A stretch of DNA of 64,000 nucleotides from the IMG/VR virus record IMGVR_UViG_3300045955_000166, positions 5,468 to 69,467 of that record; one strand, given 5' to 3'. Under the pieces are notes generated by a model that saw nothing but the letters and a program-made list of their open reading frames with translations, was not told where the DNA came from and did not search any database. Source of the DNA: a virus. Both the position numbers and the translations under genes were made by a program. Shown in pieces: positions 28,132 to 38,505 of the stretch; within the stretch, counting starts at the first letter, position 1; every line of letters starts with the position of its first letter.

Positions 28132-28447
28132 TACAGGTAAAGGAGGAAAAAACTACGAAAAAAAATCTGCTAAAAAATTACAAGGACAATTAACATCAGG
28201 TTCTGGAGCAAAAGATAAAAAAGGAGATTTATTATTTGGAAATCTCCTTTTAGAACTTAAATCAAGTACACATGAATCTATAACATTAAAGAAAGAGTAT
28301 CTACAAAAAATACGAAAAGCAGCCATTGAACAAAATAAACAACCTGGACTGCTTTTTTCATTTGTGACTATGAATGGTGTTGCAGAAGAAGAATGGTTAT
28401 GTATTCCATTGTATTTATGGAGATATATTAATGAAGATAAGACTTGA
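28124..28447 (+). CDS. PD-(D/E)XK Holliday junction resolvase-like nuclease
   Basis: E...SGSGA...KGD...ELKS. Confidence 0.7.
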   Translation: MNDTGKGGKNYEKKSAKKLQGQLTSGSGAKDKKGDLLFGNLLLELKSSTHESITLKKEYLQKIRKAAIEQNKQPGLLFSFVTMNGVAEEEWLCIPLYLWRYINEDKT

Positions 28448-28691
28448 TCATTTTATTGGCGTAGAAATTCCCGAAAGAAACAGAGAAGTATGGGCACAAA
28501 AAGTGTATGATGATTTAGTACATTCAAAAGATCCTATAGATTTTTCATATCGTTGTTCTGGTGATTCACTTGTTGTTGGTTTTAGGGATTCAGAAAATCA
28601 AATTGATATATATGATTGTCAAATAAAAAGAATATCTGATGTATGGCTTGATGAAAAAGAACAGATTCCAGGTGGACTTTTCAACTTTTAG
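28431..28691 (+). CDS. Hypothetical protein
   Basis: SD GGAG before ATG 28431; compact ORF in operon. Confidence 0.5.
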   Translation: MKIRLDHFIGVEIPERNREVWAQKVYDDLVHSKDPIDFSYRCSGDSLVVGFRDSENQIDIYDCQIKRISDVWLDEKEQIPGGLFNF

Positions 28692-28700
28692 GAGAGAATT

Positions 28701-29522
28701 TTGTTAGATCAAATTTTGCGGGAAAAAACAACAAAGGTTATTCAAACACGATCTAATGATATACTCCATGCATCAGATTTGGATAATCCTTATTGCCCAA
28801 GGCAACAATATTATAGACATAAAGAAGAACAAAAAAAGATAGTACAAGGATCTTTTTTAACCTATACATTTGACATAGGATACTCTATAGAAGATTTAAT
28901 ACGTGAACAATATTTAAAAGAATACATCTACGGTACATGGCAATGTATGTCACAATATTCTGATAATGTAATTTGCGGAAAATTAGAGAAAGGAGGATAT
29001 TGGGATAAAGAATGTGATGATTGTGGATGGGTACATTGGAAGTACAAGGAGTTTGAATTTATTAGTAGTGAATATTTGTTACATTGTTCATTAGATGGGA
29101 TTCTTTTGATAGGGGGTGATTTTTATTTATTAGAAATAAAGTCTATCAATGAAGAACTATTCAAGAAACTTTATAAACCATTAGAGCATCATGAATGGCG
29201 TACACAGGTGTACTTGAACTGTATGAATACACCTTCATTTATTAATTCTGAGATAGGAGAACTTATCGGACCTATTCAAAGAGGATATATTCTTTACTGT
29301 GCAAAAAGTTCAGGAGTGTTTGTAGAAGGATCTATATTTCCTTTTAAAGTATTTGAAGTGAAATATAGTGACATTTCTCATGAAATTAAACATCGTACAG
29401 ATCCATATTATGAGGCAAAAAGTACAGGTGTATATCCAATGAGAGTATGTACATCTATACAAGATAAGCAGGCAATTAATTGTCCATTTTTTTCACCGTG
29501 TATGGTGCCAAAATTATTATAA
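28701..29522 (+). CDS. Cas4-like PD-(D/E)XK exonuclease
   Basis: HASDL...CPR, LDG...EIKS, QVY, C-terminal C...CPFFSPC. Confidence 0.85.
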   Translation: MLDQILREKTTKVIQTRSNDILHASDLDNPYCPRQQYYRHKEEQKKIVQGSFLTYTFDIGYSIEDLIREQYLKEYIYGTWQCMSQYSDNVICGKLEKGGYWDKECDDCGWVHWKYKEFEFISSEYLLHCSLDGILLIGGDFYLLEIKSINEELFKKLYKPLEHHEWRTQVYLNCMNTPSFINSEIGELIGPIQRGYILYCAKSSGVFVEGSIFPFKVFEVKYSDISHEIKHRTDPYYEAKSTGVYPMRVCTSIQDKQAINCPFFSPCMVPKLL

Positions 29523-29538
29523 AAAAGGAGAACGATAT

Positions 29539-29823
29539 ATGGCAACTGAAATTACAACTTTGGTAGGGACGTTTGTACTTGGTTGGCTTACTGGTGCAGA
29601 ACGGAGAGAAGCAGTAGATCTTTGTGATGTGGTGTATTTATTCCTTGGTATTAAACATATCAGTGGTACACCATTGGTTGTAGCTCTACCAGAGAAAGCA
29701 GAGGATGTAATGCCATTGTTAGAGCATTTTAAATCAAAAAAAGAAGAAGCTATGACACAAAATGTGCAACCAGTAGTTGCACAAACTGCTCCAACACAAC
29801 CAACAGTGGAACTTGTAAATTAA
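29539..29823 (+). CDS. Hypothetical protein
   Basis: SD AAGGAG; 94-aa ORF. Confidence 0.6.
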   Translation: MATEITTLVGTFVLGWLTGAERREAVDLCDVVYLFLGIKHISGTPLVVALPEKAEDVMPLLEHFKSKKEEAMTQNVQPVVAQTAPTQPTVELVN

Positions 29824-29848
29824 ATAATTTAATTAAAGGATAAACACT

Positions 29849-30412
29849 ATGTCTTGTATTCTTGCTTTAAGAGAAGGTGATATTGTTCATTGTTTAGCTG
29901 ATACAGCTTGTACAGTAGGTGATAATCTTAAAGTAAAAATGACAAGTAAAATGTTTATCACAGAGACAAAGGAGTACATTATAGGGGGTTCAGGAGTAGG
30001 GAGATTTATAAATATCATTCAATATTTAGATCTCCCCTCCTATAAAGAATATAATTTTTGTCCACATAAATTCATGATATGTGAATTTATTCCCGTATTG
30101 ATGGAAGCGTTTGAGCCATTACGACAAGATGACAGTGATAATCATTGTGTGAATAGTTTTGGATTGGTTGTTGCGTTTACAAATAAGATATACACTATAT
30201 ATGCTGATTTTTCTGTATTAGAGCATGAGGACTATGCTGCAACAGGATCTCCATTTGAAGCAGCAATAGTTGGTTTAAACATTGTCACTAAAAATTTATC
30301 ATTGTATCCAGGTAAAATACAACTAGAAATAATTTTGGATTCAATTATAGAACATAACAACTATGTATCAAAACCTTATATTTATTTTAATACAGGAATG
30401 CTAGGAGGATAA
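29849..30412 (+). CDS. HslV/proteasome-like Ntn-hydrolase
   Basis: N-terminal (M)SCILAL...ADT, K, IGGSG, ATGS pattern. Confidence 0.65.
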   Translation: MSCILALREGDIVHCLADTACTVGDNLKVKMTSKMFITETKEYIIGGSGVGRFINIIQYLDLPSYKEYNFCPHKFMICEFIPVLMEAFEPLRQDDSDNHCVNSFGLVVAFTNKIYTIYADFSVLEHEDYAATGSPFEAAIVGLNIVTKNLSLYPGKIQLEIILDSIIEHNNYVSKPYIYFNTGMLGG

Positions 30413-30413
30413 A

Positions 30414-30701
30414 TTGACACCTTTTGTGAAGTATGTAATAGCACCATTACCTATGAGTCCTGAATTTGTATTTTTAACACAACAATATTTTAAAGGCCAT
30501 GCTATTATACAAGATCAAGAAATATGGATACTAAACTTACGAGAAGATATTGTGCATGGAATCATGCTTGAATTAAATAAAAAAATGCCTTATACAATTT
30601 TGACGGTAACTAAGACTATATGGCCTCAAGGTATAGAATTATGGCATCGTCAATATGTATATGGTAAATCAATAGAAAGACACGCAAGACGTGTGTATTA
30701 G
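30414..30701 (+). CDS. Hypothetical protein
   Basis: TTG start with AGGAGG SD. Confidence 0.5.
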   Translation: MTPFVKYVIAPLPMSPEFVFLTQQYFKGHAIIQDQEIWILNLREDIVHGIMLELNKKMPYTILTVTKTIWPQGIELWHRQYVYGKSIERHARRVY

Positions 30702-30709
30702 GAGAACAC

Positions 30710-31174
30710 ATGAAAATTTGTAGTGCAGAAGAATGTAATGAAAAACATTATGCTAAAGGATATTGTAAAAAGCATTATTTAAGAATCTGGAAGAATGGAA
30801 CATTAATTATAATAAAAAATCCTAAAAATCATAAAGAGTATAAAAATCCAAATTGGAAAAATGGTAAATCATCTCATTATTTATATAAAATTTATTATGA
30901 CATGATTGGTAGATGTACTCGTATTACACATGTGCGTTATAAAGATTATGGTGGTAGAGGGATTATAGTTTGTGAAAGATGGAAAGATAATTTTTGGAAT
31001 TTTGTAGAAGATATGGGAGAAAGGCCAGAAGGATATTTATTAGATAGAATGGATAATAATAAAGGATATTATCCTGAAAATTGTAGATGGGTAGATAAAT
31101 TTGTTTCAGCTAAAAATAAAAGAGGATATGGAATAGAATATAGACAAAGAAATAATAAAGGTCAATTTATATGA
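30710..31174 (+). CDS. HNH-family homing endonuclease-like protein
   Basis: C....C...AKGYC.KHY finger; YGGRGIIVCERW...FVEDMGERP...DRMDNNKGY.PENCRW. Confidence 0.8.
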   Translation: MKICSAEECNEKHYAKGYCKKHYLRIWKNGTLIIIKNPKNHKEYKNPNWKNGKSSHYLYKIYYDMIGRCTRITHVRYKDYGGRGIIVCERWKDNFWNFVEDMGERPEGYLLDRMDNNKGYYPENCRWVDKFVSAKNKRGYGIEYRQRNNKGQFI

Positions 31175-31773
31175 GATATTTGTCAGTGGATTTGGAAACG
31201 ACCGGATTAAATAAAGAAAAATGTCAGGTATTAGAAATAGCTGTTGTCTATGATGATACTGAACATGTACAGGATATTACTGCTTGTCCATATTTTCATT
31301 GTTATATCCAACATCCAATGTATTGTTGGGAACCTACAGCCTATAAAATGAATCAGAAATTGTTTGAAGAAATATTAAATGCAAAAACAAAAATAATGGA
31401 TACACTTGATTTACATCAGATTAATTTTTATAAACAATGGTTTGGTGTATTAGATTCAGAAAGTGTTGGGTATGCAGTATCACGATGGTTAAAAGCAATT
31501 AACTATGAAGCACCTTATATTGTAGCAGGAAAAAATTATGGATCTTTTGATTTAGGATTTTTAGAAAGACTTCCTCATTTTACAGAAAAAGTGAAACTTC
31601 CACATCGACATTTAGATCCTGGTTCATGGTTTGTAACTTTAGAAGATATCCGTATACCAGATCTGAAAGAATGTAAAAAACGAGCAAAGCTACCAGAAAA
31701 TATAGCGCATAGAGCATTAGATGATGCAAGAGACGTTATATTACTTACACGACACCATTATAATATTAAATAA
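31171..31773 (+). CDS. DEDDh 3'-5' exonuclease (oligoribonuclease/DnaQ-like)
   Basis: VDLETTGL, AGKN..SFD..FL, HRALDDARD. Confidence 0.88.
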   Translation: MRYLSVDLETTGLNKEKCQVLEIAVVYDDTEHVQDITACPYFHCYIQHPMYCWEPTAYKMNQKLFEEILNAKTKIMDTLDLHQINFYKQWFGVLDSESVGYAVSRWLKAINYEAPYIVAGKNYGSFDLGFLERLPHFTEKVKLPHRHLDPGSWFVTLEDIRIPDLKECKKRAKLPENIAHRALDDARDVILLTRHHYNIK

Positions 31774-31778
31774 AAACC

Positions 31779-32465
31779 TTGAATAAATGGAGAATTATGG
31801 ATATAATTGTATATGATGATTGTATAGACGTTATGGCGAAAATGTCAGATCTTAGTGTAGATATGATTTTGACTGATATACCCTATGGAATAGGAAACAA
31901 AAAATCTCATGGATTACGTATATTAGATAAAGGAAAAGCAGATATTGTTACATTTGATCTTGGGATATTTGTTGACGAATGTATACGATTGGCAAAAGGT
32001 AGTATTTATATTTTTTGTTGGATAACACAGTTAAGTTTTATCGCCCAAAAATTTATTGATAAAGGATTAATTATTCGACAAGGAATATGGGAAAAAACAA
32101 ATCCTTCTCCTATGAATGGTCAGCATCTTTGGTTGTCTGCTGTAGAGAATTGTATGTTTGCACGAAAAAAGAATGCAACATTTAATCAACATTGTAAAAG
32201 TGCCGTATGGAAATTTCCGACAAAACAAAGTAAATTACATCCAACAGAAAAACCACAGAAATTATTAGAGTATTTAATACAAAGTTCATCAAATGAAGGT
32301 GATAGAATTTTAGATCCTTGTGCTGGATCTGGTAGTACAGGTGTTGCATGTAGGAATCTTGGTAGACATTTTGTTCTTATTGAAAAAGAACAAGAATATT
32401 GTGAAGTAATAAGTAAACGATTGCAACAAGAATATATTGATGGAAAGGATCTACATGTCTTATAG
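31779..32465 (+). CDS. DNA N4-cytosine/N6-adenine methyltransferase (beta class)
   Basis: TDIPY catalytic motif before HPTEKP...LDPCAGSGSTG SAM motif. Confidence 0.9.
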   Translation: MNKWRIMDIIVYDDCIDVMAKMSDLSVDMILTDIPYGIGNKKSHGLRILDKGKADIVTFDLGIFVDECIRLAKGSIYIFCWITQLSFIAQKFIDKGLIIRQGIWEKTNPSPMNGQHLWLSAVENCMFARKKNATFNQHCKSAVWKFPTKQSKLHPTEKPQKLLEYLIQSSSNEGDRILDPCAGSGSTGVACRNLGRHFVLIEKEQEYCEVISKRLQQEYIDGKDLHVL

Positions 32466-35007
32466 TCGTGAAGAAGTCTATAATGAAACTATTAAATATT
32501 TTAATCAAGACATCCTTGCTTCTGAAGTATGGATGAATAAATATGCACTACGAAATAAAGAAGGTCAGTATTTAGAAAACTCTCCATTGATGATGCATCA
32601 GAGACTTGCACGTGAATTTGCTCGGATAGAACTTAAATATGATAATCCAATAAGTGAAGAATCTATTTTATCATTTTTTACAGATTGGAGTATTATTCCA
32701 CAAGGGAGTGTTATGTATGGTGCGGGTAATCCTTTTACGACTGTTTCTCTTAGTAATTGTACTGTGCTTGGCTCTGATACTGATTCCTATGCTGGTATAT
32801 TAGATCTTGATCAACAAGTCGTGCAATCGGCTAAACGTCGAATGGGATATGGATTAGATATTTCTTTTCTTCGGCCAAAAGGATCATCTGTAAATAATGC
32901 TGCACAAACATCTACAGGTGCAGTATCGTTCATGGAACGTTTTTCCAATAGCACACGTGAATGTGCTCAAGAAGGAAGGAGAGGAGCATGTCTTATTTCT
33001 TTAGATGTTCGTCATCCTGATATCTATGATTTTGTCACTATAAAAAATGACAGAACAAAAGTGACTGGTGCAAACATTAGTATAAAAATACGTGATGATT
33101 TTATTCATGCAGTACAACATGATACAGATTATATTTTACGTTATCCTAGTGACTACAATTTCTATGAACATGATATGAATGATGAAGGAGATAAGATACG
33201 AATTGCACCATATAATACTCTTGAACCTACTTCTTTTGGATATGTAAAGAAAATTAAGGCCAAGGAATTATGGGATTTAATAATTAAAAATGCAAGAGAA
33301 CATAGTGAACCAGGATTATTTTTATGGGATAGGATGTTAAATTATGATCCTGCTAGTGTGTATCCTTCTCTTACTCCTGTTAGCACTAATGCTTGTGGAG
33401 AAATCCCACAAGCAGTAGGTGATACATGTCGATTGATTGTATTGAATCTCCTAAAATGTGTTGATTATCCTTTTACAAAACAAGCAACATTTAATTTTAG
33501 TCGATTAGAACAATTAGCAGGTTTACAATTACGGTTAGGTGATGATTTAGTTGATTTAGAAATAGAAGCCGTAGACAAAATAATTGCAAAAGTTGCTGAT
33601 GATCCAGGTCCATATTATTTGAAGGAATGTGAATTACGTTTATGGAAACGTATAAAAGAACAAGCAATTAATGGTAGACGATGTGGTTGTGGTTTAACAG
33701 GTTTAGGTGATACTTTTGCAGCATTGAATATACCCTATGGATCTGTACAAGCATTAGATTTAGTAGAAAAAATTATGTATATGAAAATGCGAGTAGAGTT
33801 AGAAGAATCTATAACACTTGCAAAAGAACGTGGACCTTTTGCATTTTTTAATTTTGAATTAGAATTTGATGATAACCTTCAAGGACAAAATCCTTTTTAT
33901 GAAATGATACGTACTGAATATTCATGGTTGTTAAAACATCTACAAATGTATGGAAGGAGGAACGTAAACTGGAGTTGTGTAGCTCCTACAGGATCTGTGT
34001 CTATTTTGACAGGAACAACTTCTGGAATAGAACCATTATTTAAACCATATTATTTGCGCCGAAGAAAAGTAGAACATACAAATGAAGATTTTATAGATCA
34101 AAATGGCGATAAATGGCAAGAATATTTTGTGCTTCATCCACAGTTTAAAAAATGGATTGATGAAACACATGGTTATGTAGAGGAAAGTAATAAATTAACT
34201 CAAGACGAATTAAATTATTTATATACCCTTTCTCCATGGTATGGTTCAAATGCAGAAGAAATAAGTTCATATAATAGAATCCGTATACAATCTATAGTTC
34301 AACATTATACAACATCTGCAATTTCTTCTACATTGAATTTGCCTGAAGATGTTACAGAACAACAAGTATCAGATATTTACCTTCAGTCATGGGCATTAGG
34401 ATTAAAAGGAGTAACAATTTATAGGGCAAATTCTCGTACAGGAGTTCTTATAGATATGAATAAACACCAAAAATCTGTGACGTTTGAAAAACGTCCAGAA
34501 ATATTACAAGCAAAATTACTTACATTTTGGAATGAAGGAAAAAGATGGTTAGGTGTTATTGGATTAAAAAATGATCAACCATATGAATTGTTTGCAGGTG
34601 AATTTTCCGAATTGATCCCCATTGATACGGATAAACCTGCTACTATTAAAAAGGTAAAAGAACCAGATACGCATAATCAATATTGGCTTTCATATTATAC
34701 AGATACTACACAACGATCATTGCTTTTAAATAATCTTGGTGAGAATATTTACGGTAACTATGCACGTTTAATAAGTGGTTTGTTACGACATCAAATGCCC
34801 ATTAATTATGTTGTATCTGTTTTAGAAAAATTGCGATTAGAAGGAAACAGCATTCATACATGGAGAAATGGCGTTATACGATTGTTAAAATATTATGTAA
34901 CAGATGGAGTATCTACTGGATCTCTTTGTAAAGAATGTGGTGGACAAATGGTGTATCAAGAAGGATGCAAACGTTGTCTACAGTGTTTAACAACGTTATG
35001 TGGGTGA
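32455..35007 (+). CDS. nrdJ: Class II (adenosylcobalamin-dependent) ribonucleotide reductase
   Basis: SLSNC, QEGRRGA, TNACGE, APTGSVS..GTTSGIEP, LKGVTIYR, C-terminal Zn ribbon; no beta subunit in window. Confidence 0.85.
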   Translation: MSYSREEVYNETIKYFNQDILASEVWMNKYALRNKEGQYLENSPLMMHQRLAREFARIELKYDNPISEESILSFFTDWSIIPQGSVMYGAGNPFTTVSLSNCTVLGSDTDSYAGILDLDQQVVQSAKRRMGYGLDISFLRPKGSSVNNAAQTSTGAVSFMERFSNSTRECAQEGRRGACLISLDVRHPDIYDFVTIKNDRTKVTGANISIKIRDDFIHAVQHDTDYILRYPSDYNFYEHDMNDEGDKIRIAPYNTLEPTSFGYVKKIKAKELWDLIIKNAREHSEPGLFLWDRMLNYDPASVYPSLTPVSTNACGEIPQAVGDTCRLIVLNLLKCVDYPFTKQATFNFSRLEQLAGLQLRLGDDLVDLEIEAVDKIIAKVADDPGPYYLKECELRLWKRIKEQAINGRRCGCGLTGLGDTFAALNIPYGSVQALDLVEKIMYMKMRVELEESITLAKERGPFAFFNFELEFDDNLQGQNPFYEMIRTEYSWLLKHLQMYGRRNVNWSCVAPTGSVSILTGTTSGIEPLFKPYYLRRRKVEHTNEDFIDQNGDKWQEYFVLHPQFKKWIDETHGYVEESNKLTQDELNYLYTLSPWYGSNAEEISSYNRIRIQSIVQHYTTSAISSTLNLPEDVTEQQVSDIYLQSWALGLKGVTIYRANSRTGVLIDMNKHQKSVTFEKRPEILQAKLLTFWNEGKRWLGVIGLKNDQPYELFAGEFSELIPIDTDKPATIKKVKEPDTHNQYWLSYYTDTTQRSLLLNNLGENIYGNYARLISGLLRHQMPINYVVSVLEKLRLEGNSIHTWRNGVIRLLKYYVTDGVSTGSLCKECGGQMVYQEGCKRCLQCLTTLCG

Positions 35008-35093
35008 TATGTGGGTAACTGGTTCTTTTGACTGTGGTGTGTAATAACGTCAACATTTGTTGTATGGTTATTTATTTGGGGAGTTTTTATCTA

Positions 35094-35122
35094 TTGACAA
35101 AAAGGTTCTTTAGGTGTATACT
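35094..35122 (+). promoter_or_regulatory. sigma70-type promoter
   Basis: TTGACA-17 bp-TATACT; palindromic motif 35 bp downstream (35157). Confidence 0.8.
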
Positions 35123-35190
35123 TATATAATGGATAAAAAGAGCAAGGATGCTTCTATTAAATAATTTAATTACATGAGAATAAAATAAGT

Positions 35191-35739
35191 ATGCTCATTG
35201 AAGAAATCTGGCAAGACATACTTGGGTTTGTGGGATTCTACCAGATAAGTAATTATGGTAGAGCCAAGAGCTTAGAAAGATGTGATAGTAAAGGTAGGCA
35301 ATTAAAAGAAAAAATATTGAAGCCTAAAATAGATAGGAATGGGTATTTTTATGTTAGATTATCTAAAAATGGTAAATGGAAAAATTTTAGTATATCTCGT
35401 TTAGTGGCTTTACATTTTATTCCAAATCCAGAAAATAAAAAGGAAGTAAATCATTTTGATGGCAATAAATCTAATAACCATGAATTAAATTTACAATGGT
35501 GTACAAGATCTGAAAATTGTTTACATGCTTATAAATTCAGATTAAAAGATTATAAAGAAGAAAATAATCCAAATTCAAAATTAAATTGGGGTCAAGTAAA
35601 TATAATACGGGCAATGTTAAATGAAAAAAATGAAAAAGGTACAAAGAAATATACCCAAAAAAACATTGCTGACATTTTTAATGTATCGTCACATTTAATT
35701 CAGAAAATTAAATTAAATAAAATATGGAAATACACCTAA
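35191..35739 (+). CDS. NUMOD4-HNH homing endonuclease
   Basis: EIWQDI.G..G.YQISNYGR.KS; VALHFIPNP...VNHFDGNKSNN...NLQWCT.SEN..H. Confidence 0.92.
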   Translation: MLIEEIWQDILGFVGFYQISNYGRAKSLERCDSKGRQLKEKILKPKIDRNGYFYVRLSKNGKWKNFSISRLVALHFIPNPENKKEVNHFDGNKSNNHELNLQWCTRSENCLHAYKFRLKDYKEENNPNSKLNWGQVNIIRAMLNEKNEKGTKKYTQKNIADIFNVSSHLIQKIKLNKIWKYT

Positions 35740-35755
35740 GAATTATGAGGTAATT

Positions 35756-36070
35756 ATGAAAAAGCCAGAAGGGAGAGAAGTAATAATCTATAACGCAAAA
35801 CAAATACTCGATTATATAGAGGAAAAATATAAATTTAATTATTATGACTATGTATTCCATATCATAGTCAATGCAATGTTATTTCCTATACGTGGTGCAA
35901 TTACTCTTACACAAAAAGACATACCTATATTAGAAAAAAATATTGTAGAAACAGGAGATCCAGAAATAAAAACAAAGTTATTCATTGTTCGTGATTATAT
36001 GACAACTATTTTAGATGAGTTTAACATTAATGGGGAGGTATGGCTTAGTAATGATATCAACCCTGATTAA
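35756..36070 (+). CDS. Hypothetical protein (Y...ILDYIEEKY family)
   Basis: Motif shared with 42804..43097. Confidence 0.55.
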   Translation: MKKPEGREVIIYNAKQILDYIEEKYKFNYYDYVFHIIVNAMLFPIRGAITLTQKDIPILEKNIVETGDPEIKTKLFIVRDYMTTILDEFNINGEVWLSNDINPD

Positions 36071-36289
36071 AAAATTTATTGATAATGATGGCAAAGAAAT
36101 ACAACCTGAAGATTTTATTTTATATGTTACCGAAACAAAAGCCACAGTATATAAAGTTTTAAAGTTTGATTTGCCTTATGTACATTTGCTTTCTTTAACG
36201 TCAGGGAATTTAGTTATTCGACTTGATCATGAATTAGAACCATGTTATCTTATAACAGATAAAATTAATTTTCATTATAGAGGTACATA

Positions 36290-36535
36290 ATGCTCTGGAT
36301 ACTCCTTTTATTATGGTTGTTTATTATTATCCTTATATCTTCTACGTCATTGATCTCTGCTTTATTTAGAGAAGTAGAAGTAGATAAAACGAATCTTCAA
36401 GTTATTATTCAAAGATATAGAGATGAACAGGGTTTTCTATACTTACTTTGGATGTGGATAAGTATAGCTTGTTGGCTTGTACTTTTCACAATTGTTGATT
36501 TTGTTAAACTTATAATGCGTCTAATTAAATCATAG
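36290..36535 (+). CDS. Small membrane protein
   Basis: Two long hydrophobic segments. Confidence 0.55.
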   Translation: MLWILLLLWLFIIILISSTSLISALFREVEVDKTNLQVIIQRYRDEQGFLYLLWMWISIACWLVLFTIVDFVKLIMRLIKS

Positions 36536-36545
36536 GAGATATACA

Positions 36546-37925
36546 GTGTCAGGTGTCTGTACATTAGCACAGATAACAGAAATTGAAAAACACCCTAATG
36601 CTGATAGATTACAGGTTGCTACAGTATTAGGAGAGAAAGTTATTGTAGGACTTGATGCAAAGATAGGGAACTACGTATTATATTTTGATTGTGATTGTCA
36701 ACTCTCACAAGAATTTTGTGATGCAAATGATTTAATTGCGCGATATGACACTACAGGAATAAAAATAGGTGGTGGATATTTTGATACAAAAAGACGTGTA
36801 CGAGCACAAAGTTTTCGTGGTATAAAATCTAATGGATTTGTGTGTCCATTAAATTATTTAAGTTATTGCAAGGGTGATGAAATACTACAAACAGCACAAG
36901 TAGGATATCAGTTTATTTCCATTAATGGTTCTGAAATTTGTAGTCGATATATTGTACCAGTAAGACAACATTCTATATCCGGTAAACAAAAAGCTATACG
37001 TAAGGCACAAGTACCTACATTTTTAGAACATGTAGACACAGATCATATACGATATCATTTAAGTCAGATGCTTGTTCCAGGTGACAGGATCTACGTTACT
37101 GCAAAAGTCCATGGTACAAGTGGTAGACTCCATAGAGGCATCAATCGTACACCATATGCAAATAAATGGTTAAATCGTATCTCATGGATGTTTAAACCAC
37201 GATATGAACATTGGGTAGGTTCTCGGAGAGTCATTAAAGGAACCACAGAAGCCCATCAGAATAGGCGTTTTTTGGGTTACAAGTTGCCCTTCCTTGCATT
37301 ATTTTTCTCAGGTAGGGGTAACACAAGGGGTTACTATTCTGATGAATCTTTTCGTTTTGATGATGTGCAAAATATAAAACTTCATAAAGGAGAAACAATC
37401 TATTATGAACATGTAGGTTTTATAACTGCCTATCAACCTATTATGCCTGGAGTAGACTTAAAAAAATTGCCCAAGGATATACAAAAACAATATAAACCAA
37501 ATACTGATGAACCAGATAAGTTACATTTTAAATATGGTTGTTTTCCGTATCAACGTAAATTACTTGTGTATAGAATTACCTGGACAAATGAAGATGGTGA
37601 AGTGTATGAATTACCATGGTCTTTGATAAAGAAAAGATGTGGTGAACTCCAATTAGATCATGTTGTAGATATTGCATCCTTACATATGAGCGATTATATA
37701 CGAGTAGGAGATTTACCTTTTGTTCAATTATTAGCTACGTATACAGAACGTCCAGATCCTTTAGATAGTTCTCATTATATGGAAGGTGTAGTTTTTCGAG
37801 TAGAACGAGAAAACGGTTCTACATATTTCTGGAAGTATAAATCTCATACCTTTCTTGTTGGAGAAGGTTTAGTAAAAGATTCAGGACAAGTAGATATAGA
37901 AGAACAACAATCTCAAGGAACATAA
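36546..37925 (+). CDS. RNA ligase (DRB0094/Rnl5-like) with N-terminal OB fold
   Basis: IEKHPNADRLQV, FRGIKSNG, HVDT, motif I KVHGTS, YYE, EGVV, WKYKS. Confidence 0.88.
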   Translation: MSGVCTLAQITEIEKHPNADRLQVATVLGEKVIVGLDAKIGNYVLYFDCDCQLSQEFCDANDLIARYDTTGIKIGGGYFDTKRRVRAQSFRGIKSNGFVCPLNYLSYCKGDEILQTAQVGYQFISINGSEICSRYIVPVRQHSISGKQKAIRKAQVPTFLEHVDTDHIRYHLSQMLVPGDRIYVTAKVHGTSGRLHRGINRTPYANKWLNRISWMFKPRYEHWVGSRRVIKGTTEAHQNRRFLGYKLPFLALFFSGRGNTRGYYSDESFRFDDVQNIKLHKGETIYYEHVGFITAYQPIMPGVDLKKLPKDIQKQYKPNTDEPDKLHFKYGCFPYQRKLLVYRITWTNEDGEVYELPWSLIKKRCGELQLDHVVDIASLHMSDYIRVGDLPFVQLLATYTERPDPLDSSHYMEGVVFRVERENGSTYFWKYKSHTFLVGEGLVKDSGQVDIEEQQSQGT

Positions 37926-38004
37926 AAATGCTATGGGAGATAATGACTGCTATACAATATATGTGTTTAGGTTTTGTGATAGCATTGTTATATGTGTGGT
38001 ATAA

Positions 38005-38505
38005 ATGATAGTAGCAGGTATAGATCCATCTACACATACAGGAGTAGTTATTATAAATGAAAAATTAGAAATCCTGTATTCTAAACTTTATAATGTAGAA
38101 CAAAAAGGATTATTAGGAGCACAAGTGCTCGGAAATAAATGTAAACGTATTGTAAGAGATTATGAAGTGACTTCCGTATTTATAGAAGGAATTTCATGGG
38201 GATCACAAAATAAGAATGTCCTAGAAATGCTTGCTGTAATCAATATTTTATTGCGACATTATTTATTTAATGTCTGTTCAGTGTATGTAGTTCCACCATT
38301 GACTATGAAGAAATTTATCACGGGCAATGGAAAAGCTACAAAAAAAGATATAGCAATGGGACTAAAAACAACATGGAATTTGTTTTTATCTAATGAACAC
38401 CTACGAGATGCTTTGGGGTTAGCTATAACAGGAGTGTATTACTTGAATAATTTAAATAGTCCATGGGGTTATAAACTACAAAATAAAATACGGAGAGTAC
38501 AATGA
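38005..38505 (+). CDS. ruvC: RuvC-like Holliday junction resolvase
   Basis: GIDPSTHTG, FIEG, KKFITGNGKATK, DALGLA. Confidence 0.88.
   Translation: MIVAGIDPSTHTGVVIINEKLEILYSKLYNVEQKGLLGAQVLGNKCKRIVRDYEVTSVFIEGISWGSQNKNVLEMLAVINILLRHYLFNVCSVYVVPPLTMKKFITGNGKATKKDIAMGLKTTWNLFLSNEHLRDALGLAITGVYYLNNLNSPWGYKLQNKIRRVQ

Noticed and set aside
28701-29522. Cas4-like gene as part of a CRISPR system
   Set aside because: No repeat-spacer array or other cas genes; sits in a standard recombination module
32455-35007. Intein or intron in RNR, or class I alpha subunit
   Set aside because: Continuous ORF of ordinary size; no beta subunit nearby; C-terminal Zn-ribbon extension fits class II
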